This document shows positions 1 through 13,965 of a DNA stretch of 64,000 nucleotides, piece after piece. Made by a program: the position numbers and the translations under genes. How positions within the stretch are numbered: the first letter of the stretch is position 1; each line of letters starts with the position of its first letter. The notes under the pieces were generated by a model that was not told the DNA's origin, did not search any database, and worked only from the letters and a program-made list of their open reading frames with translations. The stretch comes from Octopus vulgaris (lineage: Eukaryota), in NCBI GenBank assembly GCA_951406725.2, contig OX597814.1:32054001-32118000 (forward strand), in the 5' to 3' direction.

Positions 1-1790
1 AGACAACATTCTATGCTCAAAAACCTACTGTCACAGGCAGCACTCTTTATTACGATTCATTTAATATCGGTCCAATTGTGCACTCCTCGCTTCTGAAGTC
101 ACTGCAGCTAGCATAATATCTGCTGTATTAATTGTTGTCATTGAATGACATACCAAGATGTCGTCCACAATCAGCATACTTGAAATTGAAAGTGTAACAA
201 TTGTCTCGAATTTGATAAATATTACAAGAATATTCAATGACAACAGTCTGTCTGTATTCTCTTTATTTTTGGCCCTAAATTTACTGTTGTTTCTTTTACA
301 TACACTGGATATGGAACAAGAGACATGAGACAAAAATAGTACACATACTTTCTTTATGGACTGCCTTAAGAACCATACCCGAGATATTTACAATGCAGAA
401 GTATAGTCGTATTCAATTAGATGTTTCATTGATAGAGGTATGACGTCTAGACCCAATAAGTACAAAGAAAGTAAAAAGAAATATTCATATTTAACAATTG
501 GAAATGGGAAAAAACTGTTCTTCAAACCACATATATATGCATTACTGGTCATATATATGCATCACGAATACGAAATGTACCTAGGTACTGAGAACAATGA
601 TACATTATCGTAGGAGTATTGTAAGCGACTTAAATAGATATGGTAGTCAAAGCTTTCAGTTTACAACTAGATTAGTTGTAAATGCACTTGTACTATGCGT
701 ACTAATACCAACGTATAGAAACACACTTTGCTTAATAAATACATACATATTAAACTCTCTAGATCCTGAGAACCACAGCAAATTTTCAACGCACAAGTGA
801 TAAGGACAGAAAGCCAGGAGAGATAGAAATAGGCTTTAGAATAGCACAAGATGACTACGAACGCCGTATGATACCACTTAGACAGCACCCTAAAATATTA
901 GCAGCAAAAATAAATGCAAGCAAGTCTTGAAAAAGGTAAAGTGAATAACATCCTGTAGGTTGGTAGAGAACTCAAGAAATTCTTACTTATTGATGGCCTC
1001 TCATATGAATTCAAATATACAGGGCTTACATATCTCAGCAAAAACCTGGGAATGAGTCATTTAGCATTCCATAAAACAGATTATTCATGGGCATGTTTCC
1101 CGTAAAATTGAAGAGGGTAATAATATTAACAGGAACGGTAACGTTTCGTAGACTTGTAATCGTACATCGCATCGCATCACGAAGAATACGCTTCCGCAAA
1201 GCACGGGCAGAAGAATAGTTAATAAATATCAAATTAACAGCATAGGGACAGCAAAATAACAGCAAAGTGACAGTAAAAAAGAAGGGCAGCCAAGCATTTA
1301 GAATCCCAATATGCAACTACAAATCTCAATTATGTCACTCTTCCCTCGAGATTATAACGCATGTAGTCAGAAGCTGCTTCAACATATTAACTCCATGTTA
1401 TTGAAGCTAAAACGAAATAGAATGCCATCCGCAGTAAATACTCTCCGTGGATAAAAACAAATTTTACATCTGATATAGAATTCATACACATCAATTTTCA
1501 TATGCGTATATATTGTTGGAATATTACCATAAAAATTTTTACCAAGTGCAAACATAAGTGGTCAGACAGCTATTTCGAAAAGAATAGAAAACCTAGTGTG
1601 GTCATAGATTGATCTGAGAGATGGCTTTGTGTTACTGTTATTTTCTATAATTTTGTTCCTACAATATATATACACATATATACAAATGATTTTCTATAAT
1701 TTTGTTATTTCTATAATTATATTATATATATGTATATTATATTTATAATTACATATTATATAATTATATATATATATATTATAATTATAT

Positions 1791-1839
<49 letters not shown>

Positions 1840-1889
1840 ATTTTCTATAATTTTGTTCCTATAATACTCGTACTATTATATACAAATGA

Positions 1890-2140
1890 TCCCCCTTCAA
1901 AGTCCAACCGTTCTCATCACCGTGGTGCTGGGGGTGGCAAAGGCATATAGTAACTATGCTGGTTAAACATCTCTGGCCAGGGGAAAGACCTGGTCACCTA
2001 CGACCAAGAACCCGCTGGCTTGACACTATCAAGAGTGACAAGCGAATGGGCATAGCCTATCTGAAAGAAGCGACCCAGGATAGAACTGGCTGGAGAACAC
2101 TGATCCATCTAGTAAACGGATAGATAGATAGATAGATAGA
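1890..2140 (+). mobile_element. Short RTE-clade LINE 3' end or RTE-derived non-autonomous element with (GATA)n tail
   Basis: Translation of ~2005-2115 reads RPRTRWLDTIKSDKRMGIAYLKEATQDRTGWRTLIH, matching the RTE C-terminal 'RPRxRWxD...A.DR..WR' pattern. It ends in (GATA)n. Flanked by atacaaatgat / atacaaacgat (possible TSD). Confidence 0.7.
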
Positions 2141-3952
2141 AATACAAACGATACTTATTGTACTACTAACATATTACTGCCTTAGTAACTGGATATGAAC
2201 CAACAACACTTTAGTCTGTAGTCTTACGCATTACACTTTATATCTTCATTTTTATATTTCCTGCTTAACTACATTGTAGATCATCTGATTTAGTATATAT
2301 AATGTTTTTGTACTGAAAGAGCCAAGGAGATTTGATGAAATAGATAGAGTAGATAGTTTATTGTTCTGTGGATTGAAATCCGATGTAATATGGCCAGTGA
2401 TATTTGTATGGTTTATTTCTTAATGTAATACCTTTTGACTGTAAATGCTTGATATATGTTAAATTTCGTTTGTATTCCGTCGGTAACCTTTAATAATAGA
2501 CTGTAAAATATCATTTCTTCTCAGTTAATACTCATATTTATGAGAACTCCCAACAACACTAAGTCTACGATCAATTTAATATAATTGCATGCTTTCTTTG
2601 TGATGAATTTCTTACTAGAGAGGTTAATCTATAGCTTTCAACAATAATAAAAGGCATTGCTTTAGGACATACCATTTGAACAGTTCGAATTTACTCTGAA
2701 AAACCCCATGTCAGTGAATTTCACTTGAAGGAACTTCACAACAGTTTCCTTTTCTCTCTGATGTGTATGTAAACTTCTTTAATTCTAAAGATCCAGCACT
2801 TTCAAATGTTGATAATAAATGTTTTTAGCCAGCGGAGCTGAATTCCAGCATAGAATAGAGATTGGTTTAAGGAAAATTGATTTTTGTTTAAACTATGTAT
2901 AAACAGTTACACAACTCGAATCACGGATACTGAAACCTGATTTGAAGATATATAATTCTTCATACACAATAAACATTTCCATTGATATTAGAGATTCATA
3001 GCAACAACACGGATTGTTGTATTCAACATTCCCTGTCTAGTATACACATTATAAAAAGAAAAAAGAAAAGAAGAGACATCCAGTTAACCAATGAAATGCC
3101 AAAGATTGAAGTCTGTTGTAGAAATTCACATTACAGTGCTACATGTTTATGGATTACGAAAACATCAGTTTTTGTGAACCCGTAATATGTTATTTTATTC
3201 AACAAAAAACGGGATTTTTTTATGGAGAATGTTCAATTTTCATTGCTTAACTATACAAATAAAAACAAATTCTTTGATTTATAAAAAAAGCAGGATTTGT
3301 GGCTAAACACCAATAAATATGTAAAAGTAATCTGCAACATTTCAGAACAGGTCAGAATCAAAGGACTCGAATAAAGAATTGAAATTACATTAGGCATTTA
3401 CTGATTGATGCTCAAGCTGCAGTCGGAAGCTGAACTAGTATCTGATTTAATATTACGGATGGAAATAATTCTGTCTGATTTGATATTGCGGGAAGACATA
3501 ATTCAATAGAATATAATAGCATCACTATTATAAGTTCGTTTCATCAATTCAGTCTTCTTACTTTATGAGTTCCTGTCCTATAGGTGATTAGTGCCGCCAA
3601 GATAAAATCTTCGGCTTTTCATAAGATATCTTTATTACCTTATATATACGTATACATCTGGTTAGAGAATTTCGAATCTACCCATCTGCTTTACGCAGCG
3701 CCAATGTATGTAAAAGTCAATTAGTAATTGAGTAAATGACATATTTTTATTGAAATTAACACGTGAATAAAAGTATTTCTTTTTGGATTGCAAAATATTT
3801 GTGCTTTTTTTGTTAGAAATCTATCAACAGGGAAAACAGAAACAGGCAATATTTGATCAACAAACCCAAAACAGCACTTCATCCCAAATATGACTAAACA
3901 TATATCAATAAACACATAAGTAATAGTTGAAATAAATGCTACTGGAATGATC

Positions 3953-4122
3953 GGCGCAGGAGTGGCTGTGTGGTAAGTAACTTGCTAACCAACCACATGG
4001 TTCCGGGTTCAGTCCCACTGCGTGGCATCTTGGGCAAGTGTCTTCTGCTATAGCCCGAGTCGACCAATGCCTTGTGAGTGAATTTGGTAGACGGAAACTG
4101 AAAGAAGCCTGTCGTATATATG

Positions 4123-4161
<39 letters not shown>

Positions 4162-4379
4162 TTGTGTGTATGTGTTTGTCCCCCTAGCATTGCTTGACAA
4201 CCGATGCTGGTGTGTTTACGTCCCCGTTACTTAGCGGCTCGGCAAAAGAGACCGATAGAATAAGTACTGGGCTTACAAAGGATAAGTCCCGGGGTCGATT
4301 TGCTCGACTAAAGGCGGTGCTCCAGCATGGCCGCAGTCAAATGACTGAAACAAGTAAAAGAGTAAAAGAGTAAAAGAGA
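3953..4379 (+). mobile_element. tRNA-derived SINE, family A (full length)
   Basis: Head ggcgcaggagtggctgtgtggtaag (A-box-like) and ggttcagtccc (B-box-like). Internal (TA)/(TG) tract. Tail ctccagcatggccgcagtcaaatgactgaaacaa(gtaaaaga)n. About 9 copies in the window. Confidence 0.92.
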
Positions 4380-5592
4380 GATCAATATCTTGGCAGTCAA
4401 GTTCAAACTGTGTTGTAAAAGAAGGATCAAATAACGCTAAGTTCACTTTCTTTTACTTACATAAGTTGGTGTTTGGAATATATGTTTCATTTAAAAGTAC
4501 TTTTCTTTCGATTTTTTTTGAAGCCGTGATAGCCTGTCTGTCAGAAAACTAAACATATTCTGAAGTACAATGTGTTCTTGCATTGAATATGACCAACAAT
4601 TTAAAATTGTTACCTGGCACTGTAACAATCGATGCGAGAGAAATTTAGGAAGGCAGCTGCTGCCGCTATTGTTACCTCAACCGCAAACATCACTGTTTCA
4701 ATTAAATCTAAGTGAACATAGAATAGCTGATACATAAAGAACGAAAGTACCACCAATTTATTCTAAATAGTCAAGTTAATTCTCAACCACTTCGAAGAGT
4801 CGAAACCCTTGCAACAGAAAAGGAAGTTACAGTGGCTAAGCAAAAGCATAATTAAGTTAAAATAGTCATCCATGTATTACACATGTTAATAACTCTTTGA
4901 AAGGCAAATTTTGAAAGGTATTCGTTTCCACATAAGTTAGGGACAAGTTATGTTTCGGTCCTCCAAATTTAGCCACAAGATATTAATTAGTCTAGATCAC
5001 TAACTGAGGACATCAGCCGAATATATCTCTAAGTGTGACGAAACCTGAAATGACGTAGGTGCGGATAAATTTGTTAACTATAGAGCTATATATAACATAG
5101 TTCGGTATTTATAAGCCAATGTCACCGTCTCTATCATTCCACAAACATTACGTGGTTTGAAATTTAACTTCATTCTAAAATTCCAATCAATACATAAATA
5201 AATCCCATCAGTTTTGACCGGTACCAAGTTAGTAATAATAAAAAGTTATGTTATTTCCATAATCGAGAATATTTGACATAATCTAATTTAACATAATGTT
5301 TTTAACGTTACTAATACAATTTTCGTTTAGTTTTCGTAGTGTATGTTCTACATTTTATATAATAAATATAAAAATATATCTAAGCTATTTCTGAGTTCAT
5401 AAAGGTCAACATTCATTATGTTTGGTAAACGGAATCTATTTGTCATTTTTCTGTTACTTGTATGAAAACAGAAAAAATCCAGAAGATATCTAAAAGATCG
5501 AACAATGATGAGTAACTCATAAACAATCAAACACACATTCATGCTAGCACAGAGTCCACATGAAAATTATATATAAGTCTATGAGTATATAG

Positions 5593-5644
<52 letters not shown>

Positions 5645-5687
5645 GTATAAGAATGTCTGTGTGTGCGTGTGTGTGTATACATACGCG

Positions 5688-5720
<33 letters not shown>

Positions 5721-7269
5721 ATATAATATAATATTCTCTGTGTTTATGTTAGCTTCTTTGTATATACATACATATGTGTGGCGTTTGTATGCATCTTTGT
5801 TGGGCATACATATCTTTACTTTATTATATAACGTCATACGAAAAAAATCGTGTCTTTTATGAGATGGACTGAAAACAAGAGCGTGATATACAATATCGTA
5901 AATTATATGAATAAAAATATCTCCAATATTAGCATTGTTTCCTACCATTGTTATTGTATTCAGCGAACAAAATGAGAAGCAAGTTCATTATTTTTTAGAC
6001 CTTTCCATATTCGTATATGTTGACCAGTTTTTGTTACATAACTCTGTTTAATTTCCGCAATGTTCGTGGCTATATTTCCAATTGCCTATTATTTGATGGT
6101 ATTCACTGAAACATCGTTATCATAGTTTGGTTTAAAGGTGGCACGCTTAAAAAAATTTGTCTCTAGTAATAAGTATAGAGAACAACCATTATATTTCATA
6201 TTCTTTTGTTTGTTTTGTTAAACCACCACACTAATTGGCTTTCTTTGCTGATATCCATACAAATAATCATGTGGCAAGTCCTGTAAGTTAAACGTTATTT
6301 TGCAGTAAATTGTGATTCGGAGTTTCAGTTTCAATTCCCTGTTTGAAATTTGGTGAAACGAATTTCACTGTAAATGTATAAGCGTCCAAATCTCTGTTGG
6401 ATTTTGTTTATATATTTAACAATTAAAGCGAATGAAGATAATTGCTGAATCACCAGGAAGTTTTGTAATAAATTGTTGCACAAATTGAAAATAAAAATAA
6501 TAAATCAGCAAGTATTCAAAGTGTGTTAATGCTGGTTTGCTTTAGGTGCTTTCGTCGGGAGTTAAAAGCAGAATTCGTGGTATTTCACAAGTCTCTAAGT
6601 TTGGTGTGTGGAAGGTATTCTCAAACTGTAGAGTTTGCATGAATGTTTGGCAAGATGCCAGGTGGCCCTGTAAAACTGGGTTCTGAATTAAGTTTACCAG
6701 CCATAGTGGGATTTGAATTCTATACGAAAAGAACTAGAACAAATACGATAAGGCATCTAGATCAACGATCCTACAATTACATTTGATCGAAACCCTAGAT
6801 TGGTATTTTCTTTTTAATCGATCTGGAAAGTATGGAAAATAAAGTTGATCTCCTCGGCATTTAGAATTGAATTGCTGAGACGCAGACTTTTTACATTTAA
6901 GGAGAAAACTTTGCCCAAATTATCCTCTTGTATCGTATAACGCGTCCTCAAGAGGTTGAGGCGAGTTTTGAAGTAATCTGGCAGCTACGTATACACATTT
7001 ATGGTCTATTTAGAATTCCTGATGATGTAAAAGAAATTTTGTGACTAAATGATGACGACCATCTTATCTGACAAGTAGTATATTAGGAGAAATATATTAG
7101 AAATAACACTAATCGGTATTGAAAGCGTATGGTTTTTTTTTTTATTTCCTAAAGGAGAGACGTGCTCTACGTCGCAGGTGAAACTGACGAGTTTGGTGTT
7201 TTCACATTGTAAAACGGTAACATATTTGAATAGGTCATGTTGATGAGAGAAAAAGCATTGAAATTTTAT

Positions 7270-7422
7270 CAGGAGTGGCTGTGTGGTAAGTGGCTTACTT
7301 ACGAACCACATGGTTCCGGGTTCCGTACCACTGCGTGGCACCTTTGTCAAGTGTCTACTACTATAGCCTAGGGCCAAACAAAGCCTTGTGAATGGAGTTG
7401 GTAGACGGAAACTGAAAGCCCG

Positions 7423-7424
<2 letters not shown>
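7270..7424 (+). mobile_element. SINE family A, 5' half (split by the Helitron dimer)
   Basis: Matches the family A head up to the internal (TA)n. The 3' half resumes at ~14078. Confidence 0.85.
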
Positions 7425-7462
<38 letters not shown>

Positions 7463-7866
7463 TCTATATATAAAACTGAAATGCGTTTTTACCGCTTGGT
7501 CCGATTCGCTCCAAAATTTACACGGACATGTAGAATGAGGTGACGATGCGCGTGGGCTACCTTAGAAATCCCTATCTTAAAAGCTGTGGTTTCTAGGGGC
7601 CATCTTCCTACCTCACCCTATTTCCTCCAGTACTCTGTCACTCCTCTTCATTTATAACTTTCAGAATGCCACTACGGTTATTTAAAGTATCTGTCACTAT
7701 CGCTATTTCCTTTCTTTTTCACTGACTCTGTTTCCTACCTTCCTATCACTTCGACGGCGTTCTTTGAAGTGTATGTCTGTCACCAACAATCAACACACGA
7801 GCATGAGAACAAATATTATGAATCAGATATTCTTGCGTTCATTTATATATGTGTGTGTGTGTGTGT

Positions 7867-8115
7867 TCTATATATATATGTATATATAATGTATGTGTGT
7901 GTGTGTTCTATATATAAATATGTATATATAATGTATGTGTGTGTGTGTGTTCTATATATAAATATGTATATATAATGTATGTGCGTGTGTGTGTTCTATA
8001 TATAAATATGTATATATAATGTATGTGTGTGTGTGTGTGTTCTATATATAAATATGTATATATAATGTATGTGTGTGTGTGTGTTCTATATATAAATATG
8101 TATATATAATGTATA
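7867..8115 (+). repeat. ~44-bp minisatellite (TCTATATATAAATATGTATATATAATGTAT(GT)n), ~6 copies; second array at 11061-11325
   Basis: Directly visible tandem units in both Helitron copies. Confidence 0.9.
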
Positions 8116-8263
8116 TATACAAAGTGTAAATATCTGTATTTATGTATATTAAACTTTTTCATACTTTTTCATAGTTATATATATTTTTAAACAAATTATA
8201 AATATAATTTCATAATTTTTATTTTCAATTTAAATAATTTAAAGTTTTCAATTTTATATTTTA

Positions 8264-8740
8264 CTAGCAGTATCGCCCGGGGTTGCTCGGGTTTGTAAGG
8301 GAAATAACTATATAAGCATTTTTAGCGAGTTATAGCAAAAAATGCATTAAAGATAGAATAAAAAATGATAGTAATTTCTTTTTTAAATCGTTGACTCATC
8401 GTAGACATTTTTACAGAGTTACTTCCCTTATATAATAGCGAAAAATGCATTAAAATGGAATAAAAAAATGATGGTAATTTTTTTTTTAATCGTTGACTCA
8501 TCGTAAACATTTTTAGAGAGTTACTTCCCTTATATAATAGCGAAAAATGCATTAAAATGGAATAAAAAATGATGGTCAATTTTTTTTAAATCGTAGACTC
8601 ATCGTAGACCCAGAAGGGCTCGATATGAATCACGACTATAAGATACCCGGTTTTGGTTACATTGCACCGCAAAATGTGGGAGTAGTTAGGAATCTAAATC
8701 GTAGGAGACAGACACACAACCTTACTTCTATATATAAAGA
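8264..8740 (-). mobile_element. Nested short Helitron (family B) with ~100-bp internal tandem repeats
   Basis: On the minus strand: 5' A|TCTTTATATATA at 8740, and 3' hairpin CCCGAGCAACCCCGGG then GCTAG|T at 8264. A second 5' terminus TCTATATATATAAAA lies at 9255. Confidence 0.75.
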
Positions 8741-10261
8741 TTTGTGCAACAACTAAAACATTCGGTTGTGCAAATTGTTTGCACAGGAAACCTGCCCTGT
8801 GTGGCGGTTTTTGCCGTTTTTGTGGATCTGTTTCAGCTTTTTTAGCGATTTCTGTTTTGGCGACTTCAAGCCATGAAGTCGTTGTTCTAAAAGAACGCTG
8901 GTCTCCTTCACAACGCATTACGACGTTGATTTCCTTACACTCCCTTCCCCACAGCTTCACGAGGGAGGGAAGAAGGGGAGAAGCAACACAGGTGCAGGCG
9001 TGAGCGTGGACGCCAACTCCGCCGCCATCGACACACGAAAAAATATGCATTAAAATGGAATAAAAAATTATGTTAAATTATTTTTAAAATCGTACACTCA
9101 TCGTAGACGTGCGATAATACCCAGACGGGCTCGATATGAATCACGACTATAAGATACCCGAATTTGGTTAAACTGCACCGCAAAATTTGGGAGTAGTTAG
9201 GAATCTAAATCGAAGGGGACAGACACTCACACAACTACAGTTTTATATATATAGATATATTTTCTATGTTATATTTTCTTTTTTTATGTTTTTGTTTTTG
9301 GTTTTTCACTGTTTGATTTGCCTATTAGTGGTTTTATCTCTAATTTAATTTATACAGATATATATCTCATTTGTATACATTTGTATATATAATGCGTGCA
9401 CACACACACACACGCACACACACATATATATATATACACATATATATATGTGTGCATTACGTAGTCGGTCGATTCACCTGAAAATATGCACACCTATGTT
9501 AAAGGTGCTGACAAGTTTGCATCACAACTATTTTGTTCCTCAAATGAAAGGCGTCACCTCTAGGACAAAATTCCTCATCTTATAAAATGTGGCCCCAGTA
9601 GACCCGAATGAAATCGGGTTATATTAACCAAAATGTGAAAAGGGGTCTAAATGGGGCTGGAAGGGGATTAAAATTTCAAAGAGCGGGTGTTTAGGAATTC
9701 TCTGTTGCATCAAGCTAAAAAATTTGCGCCAGCCTTTTAATCGTCAATGTGTTGCCGTCCATGATAAAGAAGTTTTGAATGCTTGCCATGGTGAGTCTAC
9801 TGTCGTGAGAAAGAATCACTTCAAAAATTGGTGTTTACGAATTTTCTTTTACATCAAGTTCTAAATTTTACGCCAGCCGTTAAACTGTCACTACGTTGCT
9901 GTCCGTCGTTAACAAATGCCAGCCATGGTGACTCTACTATCCTCAGATTCTATCCCTTCAAACTTTGGTTTCCAATATTTTATTATTTTTATTCAGCTCG
10001 CAAGTTCGTCTGTCCCTTTTAAATGTTAGCGTTTTGCTGTCTGCCTTGAAGCAGACATTTCCATTGCCACTGCCTCATATTTCTGATTGATCTTTCTAAA
10101 TATTTTATTTCTCAACTTACTCAAGATCTTCTGTTGTTTATAAATGGGAGAGAGAGAGATAAAGATAGAGAGTAAGAGAAAGCGAAGGAGAGTCAGAGAG
10201 AAAAGAAAAGTAAGAGAGTGGGAAAGTGAGAGAGAAAGGAGAGAGAAACAAATACGGAGAA

Positions 10262-10572
10262 TCATCATCATCATCATCGTTTAACGTCCGTTTTCCGTGC
10301 TAGCACGGGTTGGGCAGTGTGACCGGGGTCTCGGAAGCCAGGAGGCTGCACCAGGCTCCAGTCTGATCTGGCAGTGTTTCTACAGGTGGATGACCTTCCT
10401 AACGCCAACCACACTGTGAGTGTAGTGAGTGCTTTTTTCGTGCCGACGGCACTGGTGCTAGGGGGGCTCGCAGTGGCAACGATCGGTTGGTGCTTTTTAC
10501 GTGCCACCAGCACAGAAGCAAGTCAAGGCGGTGCTGCAATCGGCCACGTTCGGATGGTGCTTTTTACGTGCT
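10262..10572 (-). mobile_element. SINE family C 3' part with (GAT)n tail, carried inside the Helitron; second copy 13589-13899
   Basis: Minus strand has repeated ggcacgtaaaaagcacc motifs, then ggttggcgttaggaaggtcatcc (resembles the V-SINE domain), ending ggacgttaaac(gat)n. Confidence 0.7.
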
Positions 10573-10639
10573 GAAAGGAAGCAACAGAAAGTAACACCCA
10601 CACTCTTACCCGCGTGTAGAGCGGGTCACCTTCAGCTAG

Positions 10640-12727
10640 TCTATATATAAAACTGAATTGCGTTTTTACCGCTTAGATCGTTTTCAATGCCACTACATCC
10701 CGTCCGATTCGATCCAAAATTTACAGGGACATGTAGAATGAGATGACGATGCGCGTGGGCTACCTTAGAAATCCCTATCTTAAAAGGTGTGGTTGCTAGG
10801 GGCCATCTTCCTCACTCACCCTATTTCCTCCTTTCCCTCTCTTACTCCTCTTCATAACTTTCAGAAGTCCACTACGGTTATTTAAAGTCACTATCGCTAT
10901 TTCCTTTCTTTTTCACTGACTCTGTTTCCTACCTTCCTATCACTTCGGCGACGTTCTTTTAAGTATATGTCTGTCACCAACAAACGACACACGAGCATGA
11001 GAACAAATATTATGAATCAGATATTCTTGCGTTCATTTATATGTGTGTGTGTGTGTGTGTTCTATATATAAATATGTATATATAATGTATGTGTGTGTGT
11101 GTGTGTTCTATATATAAATATGTATATATAATGTATGTGTGTGTGTGTGTGTATTCTATATATAAATATGTATATATAATGTATGTGTGTGTGTGTGTGT
11201 TCTATATATAAATATGTATATATAATGTATGTGTGTGTGTGTTCTATATATAAATATGTATATATAATGTATGTGTGTGTGTGTGTGTGTTCTATATATA
11301 AATATGTATATATAATGTATATATACAAAGTGTATATATCTGTATTTATGTATATTAAAATTTTTCATACTTTTTCATAGTTATATATATTTTTAAACAA
11401 ATTATAAATATAATTTAATAATTTATATTTTCAATTTAAATAATTTAAAGTTTTCAATTTTATATTTTACTAGCAGTATCGCCCGGCGTTGCTCGGGTTT
11501 GTAAGGGAAATAACTATATAAGCATTTTTAGTGAGTTATAGCAAAAAAAATAGCAAAAAATGCATTAAAAATGGAATAAAAAATGATAGTAATTTTTTTT
11601 TTAAATTGTTAACTCATCGTAGACATTTTTAGAGAGTTACTTCCCTTATATAATAGCGAAAAATGCATTAAAATGGAATAAAAAATGATGGTAATTTTTT
11701 TTAATCGTTGACTCATCGTAGACATTTTTAGAGAGTTACTTCCCTTATATAATAGCGAAAAATGCATTAAAATGGAATAAAAAATGATGGTAATTTTGTT
11801 TTAATCGTTGACTCATCGTAGACATTTTTAGAGAGTTACTTCCCTTATATAATAGCAAAAAATGCATTAAAATGGAATAAAAAATGATGGTAAATTTTTT
11901 TTTCAATCGTAGACTCATCGTAGACGCGCGCTAATACCCAGAAGGGCTCGATATGAATCACGACTATAAGATACCCGGTTTTGGTTACACTGCACCGCAA
12001 AATGTGGGAGTGGTTAGGAATCTAAATCGTAGGAGACAGACACACAACCTTACTTTTATATATAAAGACTAGCAGTATCGCCCGGCGTTGCTCGGGTTTC
12101 TAAGGGAAATAACTATATATGCATTTTTAGAGAGTTATAGCAAAAAAATTCATTAAAAATGGAATAAAAAGTGATGGTAATTTTTTTTTTTAAATCGTTG
12201 ACTCAGTGTCTTCAAGCCATGAAGTCGTTGTTCTAAAAGAACGCTGGTCTCCTTGACAACGCTTTACGACGTTGATTTCCTTACACTCCCTTCCCCACAG
12301 CTTCACGAGGGAGAAGCAAACAGGTGCAGATGTGAGCGTGGAGCCAACTCCGCCGCCATCGACACACGAAAAATTTTGCATTAAAATGGAATAAAAAATG
12401 ATGTTAAATTATTTTTAAAATCGTACACTCATCGTAGACGCGCGCTAATAATCAGACGGGCTCGATATGAATCACGACTATAAGATACCTGAATTTGGTT
12501 AAACTGCACCGCAAAATTTGGGAGTAGTTAGGAATCTAAATCGAAGGGGACAGACACTCACACAACTACAGTTTTATATATATAGATATATTTTCTATGT
12601 TATATTTTCTTTTTTTATGTTTTTGTTTTTGGTTTTTCACTGTTTGATTTGCCTATTAGTGGTTTTATCTCTAATTTAATTTATACAGATATATATCTCA
12701 TTTGTATACATTTGTATATATAATGCG

Positions 12728-12767
<40 letters not shown>

Positions 12768-13965
12768 CACATATATATATGTGTGCATTACGTAGTCGGT
12801 CGATTCAGCTGAAAATATGCACACCTATGTTAAAGGTGCTGACAAGTTTCCATGACAACTATTTTGTTCCTCAAATGAAAGGTGTCACCTCTAGGACAAA
12901 ATTCCTCATCTTATAAAATGTGGCCCCAGTAGACCCGAATGAAATCGGGTTATATTAACCAAAATGTGAAAAGGGGTCTAAATGGGGCTGGAAGGGGATT
13001 AAAATTTCTAGGAGTGGGTGTTTAGGAATTCTCTGTTGCATCAAGCTAAAAATTTGCGCCAGCCTTTTAATCGTCAATGTGTTGCCGTCCATGATGAAGT
13101 TTTGAATGCTTGCCATGGTGAGTCTACTGTCGTGAGAAAGAATCACTTCAAAACTTGGTGTTTACGAATTTTCTTTTACATCAAGTTCTAAATTTTACGC
13201 CAGCCGTTAAACTGTCACTACGTTGCTGTCCGTCGTTAACAAATGCCAGGCATGGTAACTCTACTATCCTCAGATTCTATCCCTTCAAACTTTGGTTTCC
13301 AATATTTTATTATTTTTATTCAGCTCGCAAGTTCGTCTGTCCCTTTTAAATGTTAGCGTTTTGCTGTCTGCCTTGAAGCAGAACTTTCCATTGCCACTGC
13401 CTCATATTTCTGATTGATCTTTCTAAATATTTTATTTCTTAACTTACTCAAGATCTTCTGTTGTTTATAAATGTGAGAGAGAGAGATAAAGATAGAGAGT
13501 AAGAGAAAGCGAGGAAGAGTCCGAGAGAAAAGAAAAGTAAGAGAGTAGGAAAGTGAGAGAGAAAGGAGAGAGAAACAAATACGGAGAATCATCATCATCA
13601 TCATCGTTTAACGTCCGTTTTCCGTGCTAGCACGGGTTGGGCAGTGTGACCGGGGTCTCGGAAGCCAGGAGGCTGCACCAGGCTCCAGTCTGATCTGGCA
13701 GTGTTTCTACAGGTGTATGACCTTCCTAACGCCAACCACTCTGTGAGTGTAGTGAGTGCTTCTTTCGTGCCGCCGGCACTGGTGCCAGGAGGGCTCGCAG
13801 TGGCAACGATCGGTTGGTGCTTTTTACGTGCCACCGGCACAGAAGCAAGTCAAGGCGGTGCTGCAATCGGCCACGTTCGGATGGTGCTTTTTACGTGCTG
13901 AAAGGAAGCAACAGAAAGTAACACCCACACTCTTACCCGCGCGTAGAGCGGGTCACCTTCAGCTA

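Larger units (their letters stand above)
7463..10639 (+). mobile_element. Non-autonomous Helitron, tandem unit 1
   Basis: 5' TCTATATATAAAA. 3' hairpin ACCCGC-gtgtaga-GCGGGT (10608-10626) followed by CTAG (10636-10639). No TSD; inserted in (TA)n. The 5' end could alternatively be the TC at 7460. Confidence 0.85.

Noticed and set aside
61-1316. Short hydrophobic ORFs (61-333, 667-888, 1035-1316) suggesting a membrane receptor
   Set aside because: No recognisable motif or consistent exon structure. Hydrophobic ORFs arise by chance in AT-rich DNA.
3953-4030. tRNA-like sequences (also 30600-30668, 43940-44010, 54150-54222)
   Set aside because: They are SINE heads continuing into multicopy SINE bodies, several with TSDs, not stand-alone tRNA genes.
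5020-5065. CTGAGGA...GAAAC possible hammerhead
   Set aside because: No convincing stem I or stem II, and the cleavage triplet would be GUG.
7867-8600. Regularly spaced repeats resembling a CRISPR array
   Set aside because: These are tandem minisatellite units with no unique spacers, the context is eukaryotic, and there are no cas genes.
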